Assembly: GCA_963827655.1 (NCBI GenBank)
Contig: CAWHCF010000022.1
Location: 192,001-256,000, forward strand
DNA from: an uncultured Acidobacteriota bacterium
GTDB taxonomy: Bacteria > Acidobacteriota > UBA6911
Direction of reading: 5' to 3'
DNA: 64,000 nucleotides
The position numbers were made by a program, and so were the translations under genes. Positions 9,737 through 21,129 of the stretch are shown piece after piece. Positions within the stretch are counted from its first letter, which is position 1. Every line of letters begins with the position of its first letter. The notes under the pieces are model-generated. The model was not told where the DNA came from, ran no database searches, and saw only the letters and a program-made list of their open reading frames with translations.

Positions 9737-11071
9737 CTAATAATACGCGAGATAGCGATCGAGTTCCCAGGGATGCACCTGGCCTATGTATTCCTGCCAC
9801 TCGGCCCGCTTGGCTTCGATAATATGGTTGGAGATGTGCGTCCCCAAGGCTGCCTGCAAGAACTTGTCTTTCTCAAATGCTCGAATAGCTTCGCTCAAAT
9901 CTCCCGGCAGGTTCTGGACTCTCAGCCTGCGCCGCTCACGCTGGCTCATGCTGAGAATATCCTTGTTCACCGGTGGGCCCGGGAGAACCTTGCGGCGGAT
10001 GCCATCCAGTCCGGAGCGCAGGATCGCGGCCAGACAAAGGTAGGGATTACACGCAGGATCCGGCAGGCGAAACTCGCACAGCATTCCTTCGCGGTACCTT
10101 GAAGACAGGCGTATCAGCGGGCTGCGGTTCACTTCGGACCAAGCCACGTGAGTGGGCGCCTCAAAATTCGGAACCAGCCTCTTGTAAGAGTTCACCAGCG
10201 GGTTTGTGATTACCGCCATACCTCGTGAGTGCTCCAGCAGTCCGGCAATGTAATAGAGTCCCGGATTACTGAGCCTGTATTTGGCATTGGGTTCGTGGAA
10301 AGCATTCTTGCCGCTTTTGTAGAGCGTCTGGTAGATGTGCATTCCCGAACCGTTCTGGCCAATCAAGGGTTTGGGCATGAACGTGGCGTGAAGGCCGTGA
10401 TCCAGAGCTATCTTTCTGACCAGAAAGCGGCATGAGCTGATGTTGTCGGCGGTGTTGACCGCGTCGTCGAGCTTGAAGTCGATTTCATGCTGGCCCGGAG
10501 CGACCTCATGATGCGCGGCCTCAACCTGAAACCCCATGCGCTCGAGAGTGTTGACCATATCCCTGCGCGCCTCTTCGCCCCGGTCAACCGGGGCAAGATC
10601 GAAGTATCCGCCGACATCGTGGGTTATGCTGGTTGCCTTTCCGTCCGCGCTTCGCAGGAAGAGGAAGAACTCGACTTCGGCACTCACCATAAGGCTGTAG
10701 CCCAGGTTCGCAGCGTCCTGGAGAACGACCTTGAGCGCAGTCCGGGGACAGCCGGCGAAAGATGATCCATCGGGTAAGCGAATATCACAGATCATCCGCG
10801 CCACCTTCCCTCTGCGATCCTCCCAGGGAAATACCCTGAAGGTGGAGGCGTCGGGCACCAGCAGCATGTCGGATTCTTCCACGCGTGAAAACCCATCGAT
10901 GGAAGATCCATCGAAAACTACCTGACCGTCGAGCGCCCGCTTGAATTGATGCTCCGGCACCTCCACGTTTTTGATCGAGCCCAGAATGTCAGTAAACTGG
11001 AGGCGCAGAAAACGCACGCGCTCTTCCTTTGCCAGTTCAAGAACCTGGTCCGCCGTCATGGAATCGGTCAT
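9737..11071 (-). CDS. glnA: Glutamine synthetase type I-alpha (444 aa)
   Basis: FDGSSIDGF, HHEVAPGQHEIDF, FMPKP...NGSGMH, NSYKRLVP.FEAP, EFRLPDP. Lacks the GSI-beta insertion and the adenylylation Tyr. Confidence 0.9.
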   Translation of the reverse strand: MTDSMTADQVLELAKEERVRFLRLQFTDILGSIKNVEVPEHQFKRALDGQVVFDGSSIDGFSRVEESDMLLVPDASTFRVFPWEDRRGKVARMICDIRLPDGSSFAGCPRTALKVVLQDAANLGYSLMVSAEVEFFLFLRSADGKATSITHDVGGYFDLAPVDRGEEARRDMVNTLERMGFQVEAAHHEVAPGQHEIDFKLDDAVNTADNISSCRFLVRKIALDHGLHATFMPKPLIGQNGSGMHIYQTLYKSGKNAFHEPNAKYRLSNPGLYYIAGLLEHSRGMAVITNPLVNSYKRLVPNFEAPTHVAWSEVNRSPLIRLSSRYREGMLCEFRLPDPACNPYLCLAAILRSGLDGIRRKVLPGPPVNKDILSMSQRERRRLRVQNLPGDLSEAIRAFEKDKFLQAALGTHISNHIIEAKRAEWQEYIGQVHPWELDRYLAYY

Positions 11072-11136
11072 TTGAGCTCCCTTGTGTTTTTCAGTCTCAC
11101 CACCAAGTCACGAAGACGCGACAATTACCAAGCCTC

Positions 11137-14058
11137 CTACACTCTGTAGAAATATTTTTCCACGAGCTTCCTGACATTTGTGGCATGGTCTTCCCATTGC
11201 GCCAGAAACTCGTTCCGAACCGCCGATGGCGTCTGCGGAGGAATTCCAATGCTGCGCGCCAATCGCACGAGCTGCGGCGATTCGCGCGAGATTTCCCGCA
11301 ATCCCCATTCCTCCATGAGTTGATAGTGGTTCTCCACAAGCCTGTGAAAGCGGTGCGCTGCCATCAAGGCGCGGGCCTCTTCGTTCGAGAGCGCTTCCAC
11401 GCCTTCCAGGGCCAGGATGGCTTCCGGGACGCTCGGCGTTCGCACGGCGTCCTCGTTCTTGCCGTAAAGGAGTTGCAGAAATTGAACCAGAAACTCCAGG
11501 TCCGCAATTCCCCCTTTTCCGTACTTGAAGTCCAGGTGGGTTTGGCTCTCCCGGCTCTTCTCCGTTTCTATTCGTCTCTTCAGATGGCGAATGGACTCGA
11601 GCGCTTCTTCATCCCATTGAAACTCGTAGATTATTTCGGCCAAGAGGACGCTCCAGCGGCGCAGCAATTCATCCGTCGGGTCCAGCATCCGGCAGCGCAC
11701 CAGCGCCATGCGCTCCCACGGCTGCATGGACTGGCGGGCGTAGTCCACAAAGCTGGTCCAGGAGCGCGCCAGCAAGCCGGCGGAGCCTTCAGGACGAAGC
11801 CGCAGATCGAGATGGTATGCCACTCCTTCCGAGGTGACCCCGGCCAGCAAGTGAAGGATCTTTTCGACGCGCTCGTCCTGGGCTCGCTGGATCCGGGCCC
11901 GGAGTTCGGGCGCCGCGGCGCTGTCAGGCTCTTCGTATAGGAAGACAAGATCCAGGTCTGACCCATAATGGAGCTGTCTGCTTCCGAGCTTGCCCAGGGC
12001 GGCGATCCGTAACGCCACCTGCGGCAAGTCCGTCTGTGCTTCAATGTCCGGTTGCGCGCATACCGCAGCCGCCTTGACGCACGCTTCCGCCAGGTTACTG
12101 AGTTCCTTGCCGATTTCCAGCGCGTCGGCCAGTCCCGCAAGGTCTCGATATGCGATTCGTACCATCTCCCGTTGCCGGAACTTTCGGATAAGGTCCTCTT
12201 TAGTTTCTCCACGCGGGGACTGGCCGAACCGATCCTGAATTTCCTGATACATGTCGTCCCACTCTCGCCCCTCCAAAATATGGGTACCTTGGGCGAGGCT
12301 GTCGAAATATTCGGGGTGACGCGTAAGGATCTGCTGGCACAGGTTGCTGTGAGCAAGCAGGTTGGCAAGGCGCGTCAGGTGCGGCCGGCGAGAGGCAAGA
12401 GTTCGAAGGAAAGAAATCCGGTTTCCGGTTGAGGCCGCAAAGCTCTCGAGATGATGCAGGGCCAGATCCGGATCGATGGTATCTCGCAGCAGTTCCAGCA
12501 GGGTGAAGGCAAACTCAAGGAACGCCCGCCGCTCGCCCGGCGGCAGCATTCGACCCGACGGGCCCAGGGCGATCAGGCGAATGTTCTGCCAGGCCTTCTC
12601 GATATCCCGGAATCCGTATTGCGAAAGAAGTTCGCGAACTCTATCCTTTGGGACCCGGTCACTGAGAAGCTGGGCCAGTTCCTGCTCGTAACCCTTCAGG
12701 TAGAGGTACCCGGGCGTCAGATAGATCCTCTCCAGAATCGCGCGGACTCTGGACCGGTGGAGCTGAAGCGTGGAACGAAAAGCTGCTATGGCTTCGGCGT
12801 CGTTGCCTGCGAATCCAAGCCCTTTGGCCAACAGCGCCAGCTCTTCAGAATCCTCCGGAACGATGGAACGGAAGGTCAATCCCCTGAGCTGGAGCCGGTG
12901 CTCCACGATGCGAAGAAACCGATAGGCCAGGGAAAGTTGAGACTCTTCTCGTTCCAAAAGAAGTCTAGCCTCCGCCAGACGCGCAATCGCTTCAAGCGTG
13001 GACCGGACGCGGACCGCCGCGTGCTTGTGCCCAGCGATCAGTTGCAGGTACTGCGCGTAGAACTCGATGTCCCTGACTCCACCGGCCCCTTGCTTCACGT
13101 CGGCCTTGAGCCCGTATTCCTTTTCCGTGCGATGCTTGACCCGCTTGATTTCCTCCAGAGAGGAATCGTCCATCTGGCGCGCGTAGGTGTATTTCTCGAC
13201 GAAGTCGCTGAAGCGGCGGCCAAGATCGTGATCGCCTGCAACGAACCTCGCCTTGATCAGCGCCTGGCGTTCCCAGGCTTCGCCCCACGATTCGTAGTAG
13301 CTAATCAGGTTGGAAACCGATGGCACCAGCGGTCCCGTCTTGCCATGAGGGCGTAGACGCATATCCACTCGATAAAGCGGTCCGTCGGCGCCGGGCTGGG
13401 ACAAGAGCGAGACCAGCCGCTCTCCCAAACGGGTAAAAAAGCGAAGCTCGTCCGCATCATCAGACCCGCGCCAGAAGAAGACCAGGTCCACGTCGGAGCT
13501 ATAATTGAGTTCGTACCCTCCAAGCTTTCCCAGCGCGAACACCGCAAAGCCCTCCGGGGCCGCGCTGTCACCGATACTTGCAGGCCGCTGGCCGGCCAGT
13601 GTCAGCCACGAACAGGAAAGGGTTGCCGAGATCACAAAATCAGCCAGGCGGGACAGCCGCCGGATTGTTTCCTCAAACGGCGACAGGCCGGAGATATCCA
13701 GCAATGCAATTTCCAGATACTCCCGGCGCTTGAAGGCGCGGAGTTGATCGATTGAATCGGCGCTGCCGATTCCGGAGTGAAATTCTGTCCAGTTTTCTTC
13801 GCAAGAAGAATGCGTGATCGGTGTTTCCGTGGGTATGCGCTTCGCTAACCGAAAGATCCACTCCGGGTGGCGCGCCAGCGCATCCAGCATCGGAGGCGAC
13901 AGGACAAGAAGCTCGGCAAGTTTCTCGAGAAGAGACGGCTCGCAGTCCGCAAGGGCCTCATAAGCCGCGCGCGAGCTCTCCGCCAAATGCTGCAAGGCCC
14001 GCGACGCCCTCATCGGGGCAAACGTAGCCCGGGCTGCAGTTGTTAATCGATCCCGCAA
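11137..14058 (-). CDS. glnE: Bifunctional glutamine synthetase adenylyltransferase/adenylyl-removing enzyme
   Basis: Two nucleotidyltransferase domains: LGKLGGYELNYSSDVDL...DMRLRPHG...WERQA and LGKLGSRQLHYGSDLDL...DLRLRPEG...WERMA. Confidence 0.92.
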   Translation of the reverse strand: MRDRLTTAARATFAPMRASRALQHLAESSRAAYEALADCEPSLLEKLAELLVLSPPMLDALARHPEWIFRLAKRIPTETPITHSSCEENWTEFHSGIGSADSIDQLRAFKRREYLEIALLDISGLSPFEETIRRLSRLADFVISATLSCSWLTLAGQRPASIGDSAAPEGFAVFALGKLGGYELNYSSDVDLVFFWRGSDDADELRFFTRLGERLVSLLSQPGADGPLYRVDMRLRPHGKTGPLVPSVSNLISYYESWGEAWERQALIKARFVAGDHDLGRRFSDFVEKYTYARQMDDSSLEEIKRVKHRTEKEYGLKADVKQGAGGVRDIEFYAQYLQLIAGHKHAAVRVRSTLEAIARLAEARLLLEREESQLSLAYRFLRIVEHRLQLRGLTFRSIVPEDSEELALLAKGLGFAGNDAEAIAAFRSTLQLHRSRVRAILERIYLTPGYLYLKGYEQELAQLLSDRVPKDRVRELLSQYGFRDIEKAWQNIRLIALGPSGRMLPPGERRAFLEFAFTLLELLRDTIDPDLALHHLESFAASTGNRISFLRTLASRRPHLTRLANLLAHSNLCQQILTRHPEYFDSLAQGTHILEGREWDDMYQEIQDRFGQSPRGETKEDLIRKFRQREMVRIAYRDLAGLADALEIGKELSNLAEACVKAAAVCAQPDIEAQTDLPQVALRIAALGKLGSRQLHYGSDLDLVFLYEEPDSAAAPELRARIQRAQDERVEKILHLLAGVTSEGVAYHLDLRLRPEGSAGLLARSWTSFVDYARQSMQPWERMALVRCRMLDPTDELLRRWSVLLAEIIYEFQWDEEALESIRHLKRRIETEKSRESQTHLDFKYGKGGIADLEFLVQFLQLLYGKNEDAVRTPSVPEAILALEGVEALSNEEARALMAAHRFHRLVENHYQLMEEWGLREISRESPQLVRLARSIGIPPQTPSAVRNEFLAQWEDHATNVRKLVEKYFYRV

Positions 14059-14064
14059 AGCGGC

Positions 14065-16639
14065 TCACTCCGCGCTTATCCCCCGAAACATACGGCTGAG
14101 GTGTTCCTTCCACTGAGACAGTTCGTCATCGGGAATCTGCCCACCGGTGAGCGTCGTGACATAAAAATTGTTTTCCGCGCGCGCCGCCCAGGTTGCAACC
14201 TTTGCGGAATGGATGTGCAGTCCGCTCCTCGAAAGGGCGCGTGTCATGAGGTAAAGAAGTCCTTGCAGATCGCGGGCAATGACGTGCACCACCGTGTGTT
14301 CCTCCGACAAGTCGTTCCTCAACTCGACACTCTCCAGCAAGACGCCGCTCGGAGGATGTTTCCCTCCGGCTTTCAAGAACTGCTCAACGCTGCGCGCGCC
14401 TGTCAGGACCTCCTTGAGAGCTGAGCGGACGCGGTGGGCTCGATTTTCCGACACCTGCATCCCCGCGGACCTAAGCCAGAGCGTATCCAAGACAATGGGG
14501 CGGGCGCTTTCCATGGTGTACACCTGAGCTTTTTGAATGTCGGCGGTGCACCCGTAGAGCACACCGGTAATCTTGGCCAGAAGGCCGGGCTGCGGGTCGT
14601 CGTAAGTGCAGACCGTGAGTTCCGAGAAGTCGTCTCCAGGCCGGTTGTAGATATCAAGCACGACCTTCTCCTCTTCGAGGCGGCTCAGTAACTGGATGTG
14701 AAAAGCGATCTCGTCCAGCGGTGTATTGAGGACGTAACTCGCCGGCATGGAGTCACAATGCTTCCGGATCGCCTCCTCCTGGTGTGGTTGATGTGAAGCT
14801 GCAAGCTTGCGGCGAACTTGAACGATCTTGTCTTCGACCGCTTCCGTACCGGCTTGGGAGCGGCCTGACAAATAGCTCTGGACCTTTTGATACAATTCTT
14901 GCAGATCACGAAAGTCCATGGAGGTCCAGTTCCGCTCCGCCACCGCCCTCGTGTCCACGTATGTGAACACATAGAGATGCCTCAGCGCCTCCACCGAAGG
15001 AATCTTGTCCGCCACGTTCTGAATCACCCCGGCGGATTTGAGATCCTGCAGTCTGCTGGTCCTCACCAGGAGCAGATGGTGCCGCACCAGGATTTCAAGC
15101 AGCTCTCGTTTATCGGGTGGGAGCTCCAGTCGAGACCCAGCTTCTTCGGCCAACCGCGCGCCGGCTTCGCTGTGGTTCGTCGCCCGGCTGGAGCTTGCCG
15201 GCATCATGAAGAAGAGCCGCCAGACAGAGCACGTCGAAATGGGAACATTGGTCGATCAGCTCGCTGAAGTGCGGTCCGGAGGGGTCGCGTCGATGTTTCA
15301 CCTCTTCGAGATGCTCGATGATCTTCAGCGAATGCTCGCCCACCGTGTAGCGATGCGCAGGATCCGGGGGAACAAAGCGCATCACCTCCGAAAATCCGGG
15401 GATGAAGCGATCCAGGTAGCCGAAGCTGCACATAGAACGGAGCGACCTTGCCACATCGCGTCCTTCACCCAGAATATTCAAAAAAGCCCACGACTCTTCC
15501 GGCGAGGGCTCGCTTTCGCCCGCTCCTCCGCTGGAATACTCCTCCAGGCTCTTGAGATCTTCCAGGCTGACCGGAATGGAGTAGCGCTGAGAGAGATGGA
15601 AAAGCTTGGCCACCGACTCCGGAACTTTATCGATCTCTTTTTTTTCGAGGTGCAGGTACCCGTCGGCCAGACGCACGCCGCCCAGCTCTAACGGCCCCTC
15701 AAGAACGTGGCGCAGCGCCGATTCTCGAAACGAGGCGAGGGTCTCAGCATGCCCGTAGTGCCGTGAAAGCCATTCCTGCGCGGACTCAGCCGACGATTCG
15801 CGGGCTATCCGATCCTGGTAGTTGTTCACCAACACATCGGAGCGTTTTCCTGTGACCAGGTGGAGCCAGTTGCGGGCCTGCCAGAACCATTCTGCCGCAG
15901 ACTGCACCGCTGCGATGCGCGATGCCGACAGGTAGCCTTTTCTCTCGAGCGTCGACGGAAGGGAGGCGTCGTCGACTCCCAGAAGGAGCTTGTAGATCCA
16001 GCGACCGCGGTGCAAGTCCCGCAGCGAGCCGGGTCCCTGCTTGAGGTTCGGTTCCACGGAGTAGAGAGAATTTGCCCGGCCTCGCCCATCGGGCCCGGTT
16101 TCTGAATAAAACTCAAGCGTCAGGTCGAGAGGGGAGAGATTCTGGCGGAGCTGAAAGTCCAGCGCCTCTGACAGGTAGCGATCACCGCAGAGATGCCTGG
16201 TATCCAGCAGGGCGGTTTTTGTGGCCAGATCCCATGTGGAAACTTCGGATACCGGACGATAGGAGTAACCAACGCGAACCTCACGAAACGACAGGAATAC
16301 GTCCATAACCAGGCGGAAGGCCATGTGAACCGCAGCTTCCACCCAGGGGTCTTCCTCTTCCGAGGGGACGAAGGCGATATCCACATCGGAAAAAGGATTC
16401 AACTCCTTGCGCCCATATCCTCCTGTCGCCAGAATGGCGAGTCCCGAATGCCTGGTCTTGGCACATTCTTTGTCGGCAGCCCTGCATGAAGCTTTGTAGA
16501 TCTCGTCGACAATTCCGTCCACAAGCGCCACGTGCTGCTCGAGCAGTTCACGACAGGGCGCCGTGCGAGCATCGGATCGAAACAACTCGGCCCGGCCATC
16601 GCGAAACTTTCGACGAAGTCGGCCTATCTCGTTCTGCAT
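14065..16639 (-). CDS. glnD: [Protein-PII] uridylyltransferase (frameshift near 15180)
   Basis: ATGGYGRKELNPFSDVDI, EPNLKQGPGSLRD, HRYTVGEHS, LLHDAGK (HD domain); the second frame carries NHSEAGA and two ACT domains. Confidence 0.9.
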
Positions 16640-16745
16640 GCTCCGCTCTCAACGGGAGTAAAGAGGACAAGGCCCAGGCCGGCGGCGATCACGGGCTGCA
16701 CACAAGAGTCTCAGTTCTTTACGCCGGCTGTTCTAACTGCGCAAC

Positions 16746-16826
16746 GGCTTCGCCCCTCGTGGAGTGCGGTAGCTTGCTACCGCCTTAGTTTTGGCGAAGC
16801 TTGCTTCGCCGGCGAGGGGTTCGCCC
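16746..16826. repeat. REP-like double hairpin
   Basis: GCGGTAGC-TT-GCTACCGC and GGCGAAGC-TT-GCTTCGCC, enclosed by a CCCCTCG/CGAGGGG pair. Confidence 0.6.
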
Positions 16827-17152
16827 TTGTGACACGAAGCGAGCGCGCCAGGACGACTCTCGATTGGGCGTTTCAACGGACTTCGCTCTTCTGGCATGGC
16901 ACGGTCCGGCACGCCGAAAGTGCCGCTCGGAAGACTCTCGCTTCTTGCTTCACACGATTCATCATGTTTACCGGGCATCCCTCAAAAATGCGGACGGCTG
17001 ACAGAAGCACCGGGCCTGGTCAGCTGTCGGTTGTTAGAGTCGCCGTGACGGGACTCCGACTCCCAGAACGGGAGCGGAATCCTCGTCAGGCTTGGCATAA
17101 CGCGCTTGCTGCCTCGTGCAGAAACAACGCGCAGGGATCCCGGCGGCGGGTT

Positions 17153-18571
17153 TTAGATATCGAAATAGAGAGCGAACTCGTACGGATGAGGTCTGAGCCT
17201 GATTGCATCTACCTCTTTGGTACGCTTGTAGCTCAGCCACATGTCAATGAGATCCTGAGTGAACACGCCCCCCGTGAGCAGAAAATCATGATCCCGCTCC
17301 AGGGCATCCAGCGCCTGGTCCAGCGACCCGGGCATTGATTTCACCTTGGCCGCCTCCTCGGGTTTGAGATCATAGAGATCCTTATCGATCGGAGCCGGAG
17401 GCTCGATCTTGTTCCTCACCCCATCCAGACCTGCCATCAGCATGGCCGGGAAAGCAAGATACGGGTTGCAACTTGGATCGGGAGTCCTGAACTCGATCCG
17501 CTTGGCCTTCTCGTTGGTGGAGTACATCGGTATCCGCACACAGGCGCTGCGGTTTCTCTGAGAATAGACCAGGTTAATCGGGGCTTCATACCCGGGCACC
17601 AGCCTGCGATACGAATTCGTGGTAGGGGCGATCAAAGCGCAAAGAGCATCGGCGTGCTTCAAAAGGCCCCCGATGTAATACTTGGCCGTATCGCTAATGA
17701 GCGCGTACCCGTTCGGGTCATAGAAGATATTCTTGCCCCCTTTCCACAGGCTCTGATGCGTGTGCATCCCGGAACCATTGTCCTGAAAGATGGGTTTGGG
17801 CATGACCGTGACCGTCTTGTTATGCTTTCGTCCAACGTTTTTTATCACGTACTTGTACAGAAGCACCTGATCCGCCATTTTGGTCAGCGTCGTGTAACGC
17901 ATGTCAATCTCGGCCTGACCAGCCGTCCCCACCTCGTGATGGTGGATCTCGACGATGATGCCAACCTTTTCCAGCGTCCGCAGCATATCAGAGCGGACAT
18001 TCTGCAGATGATCCATGGGAGGCACCGGGAAATAGCCCTCCTTGTACCGCGGCTTGTATCCCAGGTTTGGCTTATCTCCATTGCCCGAATTCCAGAAACC
18101 CTCCTCTGAGTCAATGTAGTAGTAGCCGTAGTTGTAGCTCTGATCAAATCTCACGCTGTCCAGTATGTAGAACTCGATTTCCGGACCCCAGTAGCTGATC
18201 TCGGCGATACCGGTGGATTTCAGGTATTCTTCCGCCTTCTGAGCCACAAAGCGAGGATCGCGCGAATAGGGCTCTCGCGTCACCGGATCCTTCACATTGC
18301 AAGTGAGACTCAAGGTCGGGTGATCGGTGAACGGATCCATAAACGTCGTGGTAGGGTCGGGGAACAAGAGCATGTCAGACTCATCGATGGTCTGGAATCC
18401 CCGAATGCTGGATCCGTCGAAACCGATGCCGTTTTCAAACAGGTCGGTCGTGAATTCGTTGGCGGAGATGGAGAAATGGTGCCATAATCCCGGCAGATCC
18501 ACAAACTTGAAGTCCACAATCTCAACTTTGTTCTTCTTAGCGGATTCAACTACTTCCTTGGCAGATGTCAT
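17153..18571 (-). CDS. glnA: Glutamine synthetase type I-beta (adenylylatable)
   Basis: FDGSSIRGF, GYKPRYKEGYFPVPP, DKDLYDL adenylylation site, RPHPYEFALYF. An AGGAGG RBS precedes the ATG at 18571. Confidence 0.96.
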   Translation of the reverse strand: MTSAKEVVESAKKNKVEIVDFKFVDLPGLWHHFSISANEFTTDLFENGIGFDGSSIRGFQTIDESDMLLFPDPTTTFMDPFTDHPTLSLTCNVKDPVTREPYSRDPRFVAQKAEEYLKSTGIAEISYWGPEIEFYILDSVRFDQSYNYGYYYIDSEEGFWNSGNGDKPNLGYKPRYKEGYFPVPPMDHLQNVRSDMLRTLEKVGIIVEIHHHEVGTAGQAEIDMRYTTLTKMADQVLLYKYVIKNVGRKHNKTVTVMPKPIFQDNGSGMHTHQSLWKGGKNIFYDPNGYALISDTAKYYIGGLLKHADALCALIAPTTNSYRRLVPGYEAPINLVYSQRNRSACVRIPMYSTNEKAKRIEFRTPDPSCNPYLAFPAMLMAGLDGVRNKIEPPAPIDKDLYDLKPEEAAKVKSMPGSLDQALDALERDHDFLLTGGVFTQDLIDMWLSYKRTKEVDAIRLRPHPYEFALYFDI

Positions 18572-18661
18572 TTTGTTCTGTCTTCCTCCTCGGGCGTCAG
18601 GGTCATCCCGATCTTTCTTTCTGGATTTATGAGTAACCAAGCTTCTAACCTAAAGCCCAGG

Positions 18662-19000
18662 CTAAAGCGAATCCTCGCCTCTTTCCCCGGTACGCACTCG
18701 CACGGAATCTTCCAGCGGAAAGATAAAAATCTTCCCATCACCGATCTCGCCGGTGTAGGCAGACTTTCGAATCGCCTGGACTACTTCGTCGCATTGATCG
18801 TCAAGGACGGCGACCTCAATTTTGATCTTGGCGAGAAGATCAATACTGTATTCCGATCCACGGTACCGCTCCACCTGCCCCTTTTGACGGCCCGCGCCGC
18901 GCACGTCGGTAACCGTCATGCCGACCACACCAACGTCAGCCAGCGCCTCTTTGACATCCTGAAGCCGGTGAGGACGAATGATGGCAAAGATCATTTTCAT
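18662..19000 (-). CDS. glnB: Nitrogen regulatory protein P-II (112 aa)
   Basis: GRQKG..E.YRGSEY (Tyr51 uridylylation site) and TGEIGDGKIF. glnB versus glnK is assigned from the linkage to glnA. Confidence 0.95.
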   Translation of the reverse strand: MKMIFAIIRPHRLQDVKEALADVGVVGMTVTDVRGAGRQKGQVERYRGSEYSIDLLAKIKIEVAVLDDQCDEVVQAIRKSAYTGEIGDGKIFIFPLEDSVRVRTGERGEDSL

Positions 19001-19066
19001 AGTCACACTTCCGTTGCGAGAAGGGCAAAGAATGAACTTCAACCGGAACCAGCAAAAACGCGGCAC

Positions 19067-19094
19067 ACTATAGCATCGATTCCAGGAATGTCAA
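19067..19094 (-). promoter_or_regulatory. Sigma70-type promoter for the glnB-glnA cluster
   Basis: TTGACA (19094-19089), 16-nt spacer, TGc-TATAGT extended -10 (19072-19067), with an AT-rich upstream region. Confidence 0.7.
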
Positions 19095-19395
19095 CACTAT
19101 TGATCAATAAAATTAGCATTTTCGTCAAGATTCAGAGAGCGATTTCGACAGTTTCGCCTAATCTTAGTCTTTAGCAACTGTGGAAACTACCAAATGTCAG
19201 CAGTTTTCCGAGCAAATGGCAAAGATTTGCTTGGTGTCTTCGCGTCACTCTTTGATGCGGCTGGCGGGATCGAGGGGATTGGTATAAGGCTTATGGCGAG
19301 GGCTTCGCGGCGGAGTTGGGCCCGCGCGGTGACGGCCAACGACGATCCATCTATCCGAGAGACTTGGAGGAGCGGGCGAAGCTATAAATGTCTGC

Positions 19396-20725
19396 TCAGC
19401 GACTCTCGAGACCGGCGCGATGTCGTTGCTCGCGCCTGTACTCCATGGAGGCCAGCAGCTGCTGGAACCGAGGGTGATTCCGGATGCTCGCCAGATGCGG
19501 ATCCCGGCGCAGCCAACCTTCCCGGTCGTCTCCCGCGCGGGTCGCTCGGTCGAGCCAATCGAGCGCATGGTTGGTGTCGCCCATCAGCGCATAGAACTCC
19601 GCCGCCCAGAGAGGCCCCAGATACGAGGTTCCTGCATACGTCTGAACCTCCGCATCCATTTCGCGGACCGCTTCGGTTGGCTTGTGCTCCAGGGCCAGCA
19701 GCAGGGCCCAGCACAGTCGGCCCTTGTAGTTCGCTCGATGCTGGGCGTCCACGCGTTCCAGCGCCTGGCGGGCCTTCGGAAGGTCTGCCGAATCCATGTA
19801 GGCGCGAGCCAGGAACCAAAGGGTTGCGCGGCTGGTGGAATCCTGCTCCAGGATTCGCTCGAATTCCCGGATCGCGCCGGGCAGGTCCCCCTGTTCCCGA
19901 AGCAGTTCCCCGAGATTGAGTCGGGCCGGCCAGAACAACGGCGACTTCGCAATAATCTGCCTGGTCTGCTGAATTGCCTGCTCGTAGTCCCCGTTGCACC
20001 GGTGGTACAACGGCAGCCACATCTGCGCCGCCCAATCGTCGGGGTTCGCCTGCACCGCCTGAGCCACCTCGGCAGGGACCAACTCCTTGCGTCCCTGGAT
20101 GAGATAGGTCCCCGCCAAAACTGTGTGGGAACCGCCACACGCGGGATCGTCCCGTAGGGCCTGCCGGGCTTCCGCTTCCGCCTTGTAAAGCCAGCCCGGA
20201 TCGTTGGAGTCGCCCTGATGAACGAGCATCACGTGAGTTAAGGCATACGAGGCCCGGGCGGCGGCAAACCGTGGGTCGAGCGCAAGCCCGCGCTCGAGCA
20301 TCTGCCGCACCTGTACAGGGTCGTGTCGCGCTCCCTTCCCCCCAACCAGCCCGGCTCGCTCGTAGTACTCGTTCGCCTCGGCGTTCATGGAGGGATGGGC
20401 GCCGTCGCTGAGACGCGGACCGCCGGCAGGCACCGCCGGCTTTCCACGCAGCTGGACGCCGACCCAGGCCAATGCCGCGACCGCCACCATGGCAGCGGTC
20501 CAGAGCCAGCGCCGGCGCAATCTCGGGACTGCCGGCACTGGCGCGGGGACCGCCCAGCCGACTGGATGGCCTCCAGCGCGGCTCGCACCTCACCGGCGCG
20601 TTGGTATCGTTCCCCGGGGGACTTCGCCAGGAGGCGCTGAATGATCGCGGCCAGGCCGGCGGGCACGTGCTGGGGGAGCGCGGCCGCCGAATCCCGCATG
20701 ATCGCCGAGGTGATCTCGAATGCTG
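19396..20725 (-). pseudogene. 5'-truncated Ser/Thr kinase-TM-TPR gene (only the kinase C-terminal tail, TM and TPRs remain)
   Basis: SAFEITSAIMRD...AIIQRLLAKSPGERYQRAGEVRAALE is kinase subdomain XI. After a frame change come a TM helix and TPRs ending RDPHLASIRNHPRFQQLL. Confidence 0.75.
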
Positions 20726-21129
20726 GACACTGCCGTAACGATCGGCGTTACGTGGGCGAAGACCAACTGCCGGCGGTGCGCGCTATTGGGGACGTTGGAA
20801 GGTTCTATTACTGGCGACTTGGCCTGATCGAACTGCCAGTGCATGACGTCGCTGGCGGATGCCTCAATACCCGTCGACCAGCGCGACGAGTCATCAGAAC
20901 GATGTTGCTCGTCTGCTCCAAGCTCGCGCGACGATCGATCGGCATGGATCGAGTTAGTTTCCTTCTTGTTACCTTTACGGTTGGGCTTTTGCAAGTTGGC
21001 TGTTATGTTATTGATGTTGTTGGTAACCTTGGCCGTCGTCAGTTGGAACCGCAGGTTGGCTGCACCAGATCGGCAATGCGCGATTCGCGTGACCCGGCGC
21101 ATCGTCCCCCCTTGAGCCGCGCAGTCCGT

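Noticed and set aside
19001-19250. Glutamine (glnA) riboswitch or sigma54 promoter upstream of glnB
   Set aside because: No riboswitch consensus or properly placed TGGCAC-N5-TTGC was recognised, while a good sigma70 promoter is present.
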